From contig NC_073379.1 in the NCBI RefSeq assembly GCF_028641065.1, forward strand, positions 58,962,001-59,026,000: a DNA stretch of 64,000 nucleotides, read 5' to 3'. The translations under genes and the position numbers were made by a program. Position 1 is the stretch's first letter. Every line of letters begins with the position of its first letter. The notes beneath the pieces were generated by a model. The model searched no databases. It was not told the DNA's origin and saw nothing but the letters and a program-made list of their open reading frames with translations. Positions 1-11,174 of the stretch are shown in pieces. Source of the DNA: Leucoraja erinacea. Lineage: Eukaryota.

Positions 1-785
1 TGAATGCTAACATACCATTCGCTTTCTTCACTGCCTGCTGCACCTGCATGCCTACTTTCAATGAATAATGTACCATGACACCCATGTCTCGTTGCATCTC
101 CCCCTTTCCGAATCAGCCACCATTCAGATATTAGTCTACTTCCTGTTTTTGCTACCAAAGTGGATAACCTCACATTTATCCACATTATACTGCATCTGCC
201 ATGCATTTGCCCACTCACCCAGCCTATCCAAGTCACCTTGCATCCTCCTAGCATCCTCCTCACAGCTAACACTGCCCCCCACCTTTGTGTCATCAGCAAA
301 CTTGGAGATGTTTCATTCAATTCCCTCGTCCAAATCATTAATATATATTGTAAATAGCTGGGGTCCCAGCACTGAGCCTTGCGGTACCCCACTAGTCACT
401 GCCTGCCATTGTGAAAAGGACCCGTTTACTCCTACTCTTTGCTTCCTGTCTGCCAGCCAGTTCTCTATCCACATCAATACTGAACCCTTGACTGAAACCT
501 ACATTTGCCTTTGCTACTCTTTTACCATTAACATATCTAAAGAAGCTTTTACTGCCCTTCTTTATATTCCTGGCCAGCTTCCCTTCGTACTTCATCTTTT
601 CAGCCCATATTGCCTGTTTTGTTTCCTTCTGTTGACCTATGAAAGTTTCCCAATCCTCTGGCTTCCGGCTACTCTTTGCTGTGTTATACATCTTTTCTTT
701 TAGTTTTATTCTATCCCTAACTTCTCTTGTCAGCCACGGTTGCCTCCTACTCCCCTTAGAATCTCTCTTCCTTTTTGGAATGAAA
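1..785 (-). mobile_element. CR1 LINE ORF2 fragment with an internal deletion (junction at about 487-495)
   Basis: The reverse complement of 1-487 closely matches the RT region of the CR1 at 17043-17530 ([10 protein letters not shown]...KFADDTK). 495-785 encodes the upstream part (MKYEGKLARNIKKGSKSFFRYV). Confidence 0.9.
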
Positions 786-3700
786 TGTTAAAGTTTAGTC
801 GCCAAAAAATGAGCAGTAATTTCAGATGTTTATTTTTATTTTTACTTTTTGCTTTTGATTATTAAAGGAAGGATATATTGCATGACATAAAAATAATGCT
901 AGATATGGGCAACCCAACAATTATGTGACACGGCTGGTTGAACTGCTGCCTCACAGGTACTGGAGGTCAGGTTTGAACCTGCATTACTGTAGTTGGAGCT
1001 GAGTGAAATACTTGGGTGGGATCCTACTTATGAAGATGGATATTGTGTGATTTTTTTTTCTGGTTACAATTTGACATAAGTGTTGGAAAAACACATTCCA
1101 CAATTTATATTGTGTTTTGGAACGTTTGTTTGACTTTCAGTAGGGTGCAGATAAACTTCCTTGTCCTTTCCTGTTTTGGTGCATTCTCTGCTACCAAGGA
1201 TGGATGGCAAATGACTTGGGACTTCATTGTTCTGTTGAGAAATAAAAGTAAAGGATTTTATTGTCTGAAAGTTTAAATACATTTCTGCAAATATTAACCA
1301 GTTCAGGCAACATTTATTGAGTTAGAAAGCTGGATAAATATAGACCCTTGTTGTAAGTGCCTAAATGCCACGTGCATAGCTAATTCTGCTTCTGGAACTC
1401 AGTGCATTAACACAGCAATGCCTTTGCTACGCAGGCCATGTGAAACCTGCTCAACCCACCTTTGCCCTTGGTACTTGAATTGCGACTATAGAAAATAAAC
1501 TAGCCAGGCAGGAAGTGTCAATGTTTCCTGCTCAGCAGGACAGGTTGAGCCTGGAGTCTGTAGGGGAGAAAGTTGTCACCTCGGTCTGTAAGCTCCTTTG
1601 GTGATTTTTAACTGTCCGCTCACTGCCTTGTGAGCAGGATTAAAATGGGCTCTGAGCCAAGCATGGATTATAGTGAGAAGGCCAGGCATATGGTGACCAG
1701 CTGTCAGGCTGTGACAATAGGAATCTGAACTCGCCATCAGCTTGAGCAGAATGTTGGCCTGACAATGCACCATCTGACTTCTCTTTCTTAATCATTCTTG
1801 GTTTTTCACCATCAAGTTTTGATTGACCTTCGGAACAGGGTCTGTGGAGGATCATTGGGACTGCTGACATTTCAGCGTGCAATATGATCTGCCCACCACA
1901 CTGCCCTTTACGTTGTCCTCAAACGTATTCAGCATTTGGCTTTTGCCAAAGGGCTGAAATGTAGTTTGATTTATAAATCTAGTCTGTACATCAAGTGGAA
2001 AGTTATTTTTCACGCAAAAAAAATAAATCTGTGGAAAAAAAAGTTACATTCTGCCTTAGTTGAAAGAACACAGAAATCTGTGTCAGTGCAAAACATACAT
2101 ATTAAAGCTCAATAATGCCTTTAAGAAATATTTTTGGGCTTCTTGCAACAATTTATTGTTTGATACTGTGTTCGACAGAGTAGGAAAGTTTTAATATCCC
2201 TAAATGAAATTAATACATCAGAGAATTTCATCTTATAATGCACTCTATAGGCTAATAAGGTACTTCACAGCATGGCGAGGACAATATTATATTTTGCTTT
2301 ATTTTGATAATGTCCAAAAGTGTGGGCACAAATTACTTTCTGAACATACTTGGAAACTGAAGATACAATTACTGCCAGCCTTTCATTATTTATGACATCT
2401 GGTTGTTCATATTTGCATCCAGCATTAACAATTGTCTGAGTTGTTTACAGGCCTGCATTAAGATCAGCATGCAGGATGTGGGCTTGAACTAATATGCTGA
2501 GTGCGTATCATTTTTTCCAAGTGACAAAGGTGACAGGGTAATACAGATTTGAGTTATGATGAACCTGAAGGGATGCAAAATCATATGGCTGCTGCCGCAA
2601 CAAAAACATGATTTTCTTAAAAATCGGATAATTCACATTATCAAATTCACAAAACTGCAAAACCGACGTAGAATCTTCATGTGAAATCTGCTGCCTGCCT
2701 TTTTTGACTGATCAAACATTGTACACTAAAAATGGTTGGGGGTCAAAATATGCTGGCTTAGAGATCTCTTTAATGACACTGAATTGGCAATCAGTGGAGA
2801 TACAAGGACTCTTACCGCTGAGTTTAAAGCTCTCTACTAACTCTCAGCACTCTCTGGGGCGAGAACTCAATTTTCTCTGACTTCTAGAGCAGTATTTGCT
2901 TTAGAGGATTCCTGATGTGCAGGTACTGTGATGTTCTCATAACTTAAATCAGGAAGGAAAAAGCACAACTTTTAATTAATACTTAAAATATTTCACTGAT
3001 TGCAAATTGAGAATTTCACCGTGTAATATATTTAAATACTCATATATTTAAAGACTCAAATTACACTCATCCAAACTATAATTTACAAATATGCATTTCT
3101 CTCTCTTGGATGACCAAGGGAAATAATCTGAACAATGTTGGTTTCTGCATTATCACAGGCTTCTTGCACTTTCTGCAAACCCCCATCCACTCCCCCAGTC
3201 CCCACATTGAACATGAACTTGAACTTACTTGAAATGTTAACTCTACTTCTTTCCCCGCAGAATGTTGCCTAACCTGCTTAATATTTCCAGCTTTTCTTTT
3301 GTTCTTATTCAAAATTAATTTTGTGTATATTTTTAAATCTATTACATTTTAAAATATTTATAGGAGGAAATGACAATGAATACATTTAACGCTTTAGGCT
3401 TTGAATTTGCTATCAGCAATTATAGTTTTATTATGTTATGAGAAACTGTCAGAGCTCATGTAACATTTTTTTTAGACATTAAGATGAGTTTGGAAATAAC
3501 ATGCAAAGAATAATAACAGGAAATGCTAATAGATTCACAGTCAGTAATCCTATTAGATCTGACTCTTTAACACCAAGAATTCCTGTTTAATTGTTATCAT
3601 TTCAGTGGAAGTGTGAAACTCCCTGGTCACTTTTCCAATATTTCCAGTGATGATAATAACCGCCTGGACTTTCTGTTCAATAGTGTTTTTATGGAGCAGA

Positions 3701-4209
3701 AGTTGCTATAAATCAGCATAAGATAAGGCATTTGAAGCGGAACTGATGATAAGATATGGCATTTGAAGCACCAATCTAGTTTCTGTAATTTATTTAACTA
3801 GAACTGGCTCAGACCAAAAAAAACTCACTGAACACTCAACTTGTTTGAGCAGAAAGAACAGTTCCCTACTAATTGCGTACATTTTCCTCTTCCAGTCCAG
3901 TTTCCGTCCACATCCCAGAGATGTGCCGGTTGGTAGATTAGTTGGTCACTGTCCATTTCCTCCAGTTTGTACATAAATTGTAAAATCTCGAAAGATTTGA
4001 TAATAATGAGGGGAAAATTAAATGAGCTGTAAATGAGTGCCTGATGGCTGGTGTAGACTCTTTGCACGAAAGGCCTGTTTATGATCCTAAATTACTGAAA
4101 GGCAATAACCATAAAGGCAAGCATATAGGTAAGTAACAAGTAAATACTGTAATGATTCTGTGGGTGGCATGTTTGTGATGAGAAGAGGTTAAGTAAGATG
4201 GAGGAGATA

Positions 4210-4332
4210 CATGAGACTGCAGAGGCTGGAATCTTGAGCAAATAACTTGAGCCTAAATTTGAGAATTCCAGTCTGAAGAACGGTTCCAACCTGAACTGTC
4301 ATCTGCCATTTCTCTCCACAGATGCTGCTGAA
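4210..4332. mobile_element. Penelope-like terminal (pLTR) remnant with degenerate hammerhead-like core
   Basis: cagtCTGAAGAacggttccaacctgaactgtc...ctccacagatgctgc. Same motif as the termini flanking the GIY-YIG remnant at 47085-48950. Confidence 0.5.
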
Positions 4333-4334
4333 CA

Positions 4335-4495
4335 AGTGTAGAACGTAAGAGTTGGCTATTCAGCCCCTCAAGCCTGCCCTACCATTCAACATGATCATGG
4401 CTGATCTGCCTTGAGCCTTGCCACCTTCTCCCCATTGCCCTCAATTCCCTTATCTTTCCATAAGTTATCGCCTTTTGAATCTTCCCAGCACCTAT
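4335..4495 (-). mobile_element. CR1 3' end fragment
   Basis: ccattcaacatgatcatggctgatc is the reverse complement of the CR1 3'UTR seen at 18078-18102. Confidence 0.65.
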
Positions 4496-4506
4496 GCATG
4501 GCCTTG

Positions 4507-4543
<37 letters not shown>

Positions 4544-4679
4544 GCACTAGATGCGGTCCTTGGCCCTCTTGCAGCTGTACAGCTCTGGATGACCGTGGTA
4601 TTGCACTCGATGAACGAGACGGCAGAGGCTTGTTCTTCACCTGGAGCTGTTCGTTGCCGCTGCTGTGCTGGGACGGCTA

Positions 4680-4980
4680 GCTCTCTGAGTCTGGGCAGAT
4701 CATGCTGCAAAACTTGAGGACAAGGCTTTCGAAGGCGGCAAACTTCTCCCTGGCCAGGTTCTCGATCACCTTGGGCTTGAGTCCGCAGTGCTCGGAAAAA
4801 CTGTCCAAGCCCGAGCAGGCTCAGGAGAAGCAGCAGCTGACGTCGGAGTGCGAGAGCACCACAATCCGCCTTCACCAACCCCACTGCTTAAGCGGCTCTT
4901 TGGGGCGACCTGCTGCTGCTTCTCGGGACGTTGCTGGTGTGGTTACTTGTGCCCCCTGGGATGCTACTGGTGTGGCGACT
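4680..4980 (-). pseudogene. Decayed protein-coding-like fragment of unknown identity
   Basis: Frame 4868->4695 reads RIVVLSHSDVSCCFS*ACSGLDSFSEHCGLKPKVIENLAREKFAAFESLVLKFCSMIC. 49 of 58 codons end in G/C by hand count. The TGA stops are compatible with CGA decay. Confidence 0.45.
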
Positions 4981-5345
4981 GGGGGGAGGGAGAGGGGGGA
5001 AGAGGAGGGGGGGGGGGGGGGGGGAGAGAGGAGAGAGGTCGGGGGATAGGAGAGGAGGGGGGGAGAGGAGGGGGGTAGAGAGGAGGCGGGGAGGGGAGGG
5101 GAGGGGAGAGCAGGGGGGGAGAGGAGAGGGAAGAGGAATGGGGGGAGAGGATGGTGGGAGGTAGGGGGAGGGGGAGAGGAGGGGAGAGAAGGGGGGAGGA
5201 GAGAGAGGGAAGAGGAGGGGAGAGGATGGGGGGGTGGGTGGGTGGAAGAGGAGCAGCGGGCAGCAGGGAGCAGTGAGCGGGCAGTGGGGAGTGGGCTGTG
5301 AGGAGTGGGTGTCAACCAAAGGAGGAGGGAGGGGGGTGGGGAGGT
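4980..5345. repeat. G/A-rich polypurine low-complexity tract
   Basis: Almost only G and A, with many G-runs. Confidence 0.9.
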
Positions 5346-5839
5346 GACGACACTCGCAGCGCGAGCAAGACGATGCAGACTTCAAAGTTTGTCAGATTTT
5401 TGAAGATTTTTTCATTAATAACTCAAAATAAAGCATGACATTTTCAGATAAGGTGATTTGGACTCCAGGGGAAAGATATCTACCAGAATATGTAAATATT
5501 TTACCGTTAGAGCGCCGTTTTTTTTTTTTTTCGAAAAGATGTGATTATACACTACAAACGCACACACAGATAAGCACACACATGAACAAACACGCACAGA
5601 TCCAAGACTTTTAATAGGCACTAGACCAAGGTGGACCCGTTGGGTCCCTTCTCCTCAATGCGTGGTTGGGGTGGTGGGGGGGGGGGGGGGGTGGTTGGCG
5701 TCACACGCACACTAATCAACTCCCCCCATACACACACTAACGACACCCCTTGATATTATATTAATATTATTCATTGGCTCCTTTTACCACATCCCCGCCC
5801 TATGCACTCATGCATAGTCCCAACTCACGGGTGCGTCCA

Positions 5840-6300
5840 GAGAGGGAGGGGGGGGAGTAGAGAGAGAGAGGGCTGAGAGAGAGGGGGCAGAGATACAGAC
5901 AGAGGGGCAGAGACAGAGGGGCAGAGACAGAGAGAGGAGGAGTAGAGAGGATGGAGAGAGAGAGGGGGGGGAGAGAGGGGGAGGGGGGGGAGAGTGGGAG
6001 GGGGAGAGAGAGGTGGGGAGAGGGGGAGGGGGGAGAGAGGGGGGGGTGAGAGGGGCGAGAGAGGGGGGGGAGGGGGGTGGGGTGGAGGGTGGAGAGAGGG
6101 GGAGGGTGGATAGAGGTGGTGGGAGGGGGGGAGAGAGGGGGGAGAGGGGGGAGGGGGAGAGAGGAGGAGGGGAGGGGAGGAGGGCGGGGGGGCAGTGAGT
6201 GGGGGGGAGGGGGGAGAGAGAGGGAGGGAGGAGGGGGGAGAGAGGATGAGGGGAGGAGGGGAGGAGGGGAAGGAGGGGGGCAGTGAGCAGGGGGGGGAAG
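5840..6300. repeat. G/A-rich polypurine tract inside the Helitron
   Basis: (GGGA/GAGA)-type low complexity. Confidence 0.9.
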
Positions 6301-6835
6301 CTGGCAAGCCCAGCCGGGTGGCCCTGGGCTGGGCTTGCAAGCAGCACGGGCAGACAACGTCACTCGCAGTGTGTGAGCACAGCGTGCAGCCATTGTGACG
6401 TCATCACGTGATCAGCCTTGATCTTTCAGATTTTTGAACATTTTGATTAATAACTCAGAGAGGGAGAGGGGGAGGGAGGAGGGATAGATGGGGGCACAAG
6501 GGCCGTGAGGGGGGGGCAGAGAGGGGGGGGGGGGCAGAGAGGGAGGGGGGGTAGAGTTTGAGGGGTGGGGGGCAAGTCGTCAGAGGGGGGGGGGCTGCTT
6601 CCCGAAAGCAATACTCCCTCGCTGCAGACTCCAGGCAGGGCCCGAGAACGGGGGGAGTGGTTGGGAGGGTGATGTCACTCGCAGCACGAGCAAGAATACA
6701 GCGGGGCTTTTTTCAAAGGTCTTTAAGATTTGTGAACACCCGGGCTTGGCTTGCGAGCGGCGCAGCCGGGCGACGTCACTCGCAGCGCGTGAACACAGCG
6801 TGCACACATTGTGATGTCATCAGCCAAAGCCGTTC

Positions 6836-7087
6836 AGTTTTATTTTCTAAGTTCTTTCAGATTTGTGAACATTTTGATTAATAACTCAAGAAATAATGCA
6901 TGAATTTTTCAGATGAGGCAATGTCGGAATCCACGGGATAAATCTCTATCGGAATATGTAAAGTTTTATTTTCTAAGTTCTTTCAGATTTGCGAACATTT
7001 TGATTAATAACTCAAGAAATAATGCATGCATTTTTCAGATGAGGCAATGTCGGAATCCACGGGATAAAACTCTATCGGAATATGTAA
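6836..7087 (+). repeat. Tandem duplication, 2 x 126 bp
   Basis: 6836-6961 and 6962-7087 are near-identical (agttttattttctaagttc...ggaatatgtaa). Confidence 0.9.
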
Positions 7088-7489
7088 ATATTGATTTTCT
7101 AAAACCCAGCTTCTGTGTAGTACGTTCTATTGCATTTATGTGAGAAATACGGATTTCCCCAACAAAATACTGATTTTCAGTCATCAAAATACGGAAATGC
7201 TCGGTGAAACTTGGCTGCTCTGCAATTATTCACAATCACATTGGGTTTGATAATTCAAAATGTGATTTGTGATTTTCATGGTGGAAATTGAAGTCTAACT
7301 AAATGTTGTGTTCATGTCACTATTCCATGTTGAAATTGATGTGATTTGAAGGTTGTTTTTTAAAGGTTTTCTTTACTACAAAAACTTACAGTACAACTTG
7401 CTTATTAAAACAAGGACAACTTCAATTCTTGATTAAAAATAATGTATACAACAATGACCCCAATCATCCCATTCCACCCACTCATTACT

Positions 7490-7732
7490 CTTGACTCAAC
7501 CAAAATTATTTCTGAAATATTAGTCATAAATCTGGTGCACAAATGCTCCAAAATAAGGCTCAGAATGCACCAAAGAGCATCTAAAACCCCAGAGCTTCCA
7601 GGGCCTGGACCCTGGCCACAAGTGACTTTGAGCTTCGAGCTCGTGGTGTACGCTGCGCACACATTATTTCACATCAATTTTTTGTGACCCTGTCATGCCA
7701 CCCCCCTTTTTGAAAAGCTTCATACGGGCCTG
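7490..7732. mobile_element. End of a DNA-transposon MITE (hAT-like terminus CAGGCCCGTA on the minus strand)
   Basis: Ends in ...catacgggcctg. Partner terminus not certain. Confidence 0.4.
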
Positions 7733-7754
7733 CTATGATTTGTTTGATAGCAAC

Positions 7755-8130
7755 ATGAAAACATTGGAATAGGGTATTCAGCTTCCTTGAATTGTCACTG
7801 CCACTCATAAGATCTTGGCTGACCTTTCTTACATTTATTCCACATTCCTCTGTCTCTTAATTTCTAATAATCTATTGATTTCCGTCTAGAGCGTATACCT
7901 TGACTAAGTCTCCACTGCCCTCAAGTGGAGAACTCCAATGATTCACTACATTCTGGGCAAATAAATGTATTTTCATTCTGTCCTGATACCATGCCCCTTG
8001 GCACTAGACAACTCCCTCAGGGGAATCATCACCCATGCATGTACCCTGCCTGCTCCCATAAGTTTCAATGAGAACTTCCAACTATGTTCTTCCAAACTGA
8101 TCCCAGTCCACTTGTCCACTTAATCTTTCT
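7755..8130 (-). mobile_element. Old CR1 3' fragment
   Basis: Degenerate matches to the CR1 3' region (tccactgccctc...gattcacta). Confidence 0.5.
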
Positions 8131-8929
8131 ACATCCCCAAAGTCAATCAGATGATTACAAAAGTTGACATTGTTACCTGGCAATCTATTAATCAAAGGAA
8201 TGGCTAGAGAATGGTTTGAGGAACTGACTGTCCTGGACATATTCATTTGATATTTTTGTCTGCAACAGGACCCTTGCATTAACATAAATGACTTGCAGAC
8301 AGTGGACCCATGAGCAAACTCCAAATGTAAATTAAATATGTGTCTAACTATTGATGTTGATAGAAAAAATCTAATGCTTTGTTTGATAGAGACTAGTGGC
8401 CACATTATGGACAACTGTCATCTACAAATAATCTGGTTTGATGGATTATATTGGTCTTCTGCTGCAAAAATGATTCTTTATGTTTTGACCAGCACACTGT
8501 TGCCACCGGATCAGAGCAGTTATCTGGATAATTATGGGATAAGTGGTTTGGCTGCAGCAATGGCTTTCCATGCAAATCAGTTTTAAGCAGTTGCTGATTA
8601 AAAATTAATGAAAGAGACACTGCCAGCATAAATAAGTAAAATAAAATCAAAAGCACCTGCAGTCCTTAGTGGGATTTTTTTTGTTCTGAAGGGAATTTCT
8701 ATCACCAAAGCATCATTAGCCTCAACTATTTAGTACCAAAAATGGCCCAGATGGGATCTGCTCAGCATCCCATGTTAAGCTTATGCAAGGTCCCTTTTTG
8801 CTTCAGCAACAATATTTGTCACCCACGAGTTTCAACGCATTGTGTGTGATACACACCCCTATTGTCCCTATGTTAGCCAAGTTTTTATAACAGCTATTAA
8901 GCCCCAATTTCACATACCTTATCCACACC

Positions 8930-9815
8930 CTGAGGTCATCCATTTTACCCATCATTGGATTAAATGTAATTCAATCCAATAGTCATTCCTCACTCCCTGC
9001 CATGCTCCTGCCTATCCTGTCCACTGAACTTGTTTTCAATATCTTCCTCACTGACCTCCAGCTTCTCACCAGTCTCAGAACTGAAATGGATCTAGTTCTC
9101 CTGCCAATCCAGTTTAAACCCACCTGAGTACCACTAGCAAACATGCCGGCCAGGATATTGGTTCCCCTTCTGTTTTGATCCAACTTATCACTCTTGTACA
9201 TGTAAGCTCTGACCTAGAAGAGATGCCAATGGTCCAAAAATCCTTTCCCCTGCATCAACTTCTCAGCTATGCATTCATTTGTCCCGTTTTCATACCTCTG
9301 TCATTTGTACCAGCATGAACAACAACTTCTGGCTGCTCATCCTCCCCCTTTAGAATGTCATGCAGCCACTCGAAGACAGCTTGGTCCCACCAACAGGGAG
9401 GCAACACACCATCTGGAGTCTTGGTTGCTGCTATAGAAACTCCTGTCTGTCCCCTGAACAAACAAGTTTACTGCCACTATGGCTCTGTTTGTCATTACCC
9501 TTTCCATTGTGCATCAGAGCCAGACATAACTGCTGCTGCTGCTCACCCCTGACTGGTCATTCTCCCTCATCTGTATACAAAAGGGTACGCATATTTTTAA
9601 AGGAAATGGCCACAGGGGTCTCCTGCACTCTATGTCTACTCCTGGTCACAGACCTACTTTCTTCATGTCCCATAAGCGTGACCACATTGCTACAACTCCT
9701 ATCTATGAAGCTCTCATTCTTTCAGTCGATTTGGAGGTTGTCCAGCAGCAGCTCCAATTCCCTAACATGGTCTGCAAGGGGCTGCACCTGGGCACACTTC
9801 CCACAGATTTATGTG
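8930..9815 (-). pseudogene. CR1 ORF1 remnant (Cys-rich/coiled-coil N-terminus plus SGNH esterase domain)
   Basis: Minus-strand peptides ICGKCAQVQPLADHVRELE, ILKGEDEQPEVVVHAGTND and NRRGTNILAGMFAS match the esterase-type ORF1 of CR1. Frameshifted. Confidence 0.8.
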
Positions 9816-10859
9816 TAGTTTAATTGACAAAAGGATCATCTGAAAGTGTTGTGATGGCAATGGAGGTCAGCCAAAATGCCATGGAATTCTGTCGGTTCCA
9901 GCCAGAAATGCAACAACCAGTCAAGCAACAGCTCTCCAAAGGATTGGTCCAGGAATAAAAAATCATGTGTGTGCAAGTGGTACAACCACCATACAGATGC
10001 AACCATTCTTTTTAGCAGTCAATATGCTACTCATTTCAAAAGAAAGAACAAGCAAAAATTGCTTACCTCATAATACATGCAACAACAGTTGGGCTTCAAC
10101 ATAACAGCATAGAAAGATTAAGTTTCTCAAGAAATCACAAAGTTGGAATCTGCACATTACTGAGACTGCTGCAGGGGACAGAATTTACATCACGTAGTAC
10201 CTATAATTCAAGCAACTGTAGTGAGAGACCACAGAGTGATTGGGTCATAGTGTGGATTAATGGAACATTAATATAAATGCAGATCAACGTTTGTTGGCAG
10301 TCTGCTCCATTACTGGCAACGTGGCAAGGATGTTCAATCATCTATCCTTGAAAAAAATACAAGGTCAGTGTTACAGTTTATTCAAGTCAAGACTTGTAAA
10401 TCTAGAGACCAGTGGAGACGAACAATCGAGTCACATTTCAAGATGTTGTCTTCTACATTATTTACATCTTCTACTGTAGATGCCAAATCAGGATCACAGG
10501 GAAGTTGCCGTACAGGGAGATATGTGTATGGATTAGGCCAGCTTTAAAATTAGTCCATTATAAATGAGGGCCAGTTATTTTTTGGACAGCCAAGTGAAAA
10601 GAGAGTTTGAGAAATTGGAAAAATAAAATGGTGTTTTGGTCAAAGTAGCCAGTACCAATTGGACAACTCCATAGGTCTGCCAAACAGTAAGAATGCATGG
10701 TGATCATAATATAACAATACATCAAGTAGTAAACATTGAATAATATCCTTTACCAGCTTCCCATCCATGGATCTGGGTGCTCAACCTGCATATCCAGACT
10801 TTTCACAACATTTCTTACAGGCGTATACACAGCGTGATGTGATGAGAGTGATGCCTCGT

Positions 10860-11172
10860 AATCCGTCATTGAGTATAAATTTGCAACAAATATAAAAATT
10901 GTTCAAGATGCTGGTCAGACCAGAGTTGGGGTATTGCGATTAGCTTTGGTCATCCTGTTAAAGGAATTATGCCATTATGCTGGAAAAGGTGCAGTGAAGA
11001 TTTACGAAAATGTTGCCAGGACTCTAGGGCCAAAGATATAGGAATGGGTTGGGCAGATTAGGACTATGTCCATCAACAGGAGGTTGAGTGGTAATATTAT
11101 AGAGGTGTATAAAATCATGAGGGGAATAGATAGGGTGAATGTTTTTCCCTTGACAGGGGAATCAAGAAGCTT
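10860..11172 (+). mobile_element. CR1 ORF2 3' fragment (degenerate)
   Basis: LVRPELGYC...LEKVQ...IIEVYKIMRGIDR-like motifs. Confidence 0.75.
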
Positions 11173-11174
11173 AA

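Larger units (their letters stand above)
4547..5619 (-). mobile_element. Non-autonomous Helitron-like element (left unit) carrying a coding-like fragment
   Basis: The minus-strand start tattaaaagtcttggatc resembles the Helitron head at 61617. 5340-5500 is homologous to 6770-6960 of the right unit. Possible 3' CTAG|T at 4550-4546. Confidence 0.5.
5621..7090 (-). mobile_element. Non-autonomous Helitron (right unit), 3' terminus intact, 5' truncated
   Basis: Minus strand reads GGACCC-AAC-GGGTCC hairpin (5647-5633), 8 nt spacer, CTAG (5624-5621), then T. This is the canonical Helitron 3' end. Confidence 0.7.

Noticed and set aside
68-703. 211-aa plus-strand ORF, and similar ORFs at 16864-17382 and 45354-45764
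   Set aside because: Antisense reading frames of the CR1 RT.
3718-3769. 21-bp near-direct repeat ataagatawggcatttgaagc
   Set aside because: A small local duplication with only two copies and no further structure.
4507-4542. Long poly-G run as a functional G-quadruplex
   Set aside because: Homopolymer length is unreliable in assemblies and it lies at a TE boundary. No evidence of function.
4788-6400. Pro/Ser/Leu-rich and Gly/Arg/Glu-rich ORFs of 100-200 aa
   Set aside because: Translations of G/A low-complexity tracts, open in several frames on both strands.
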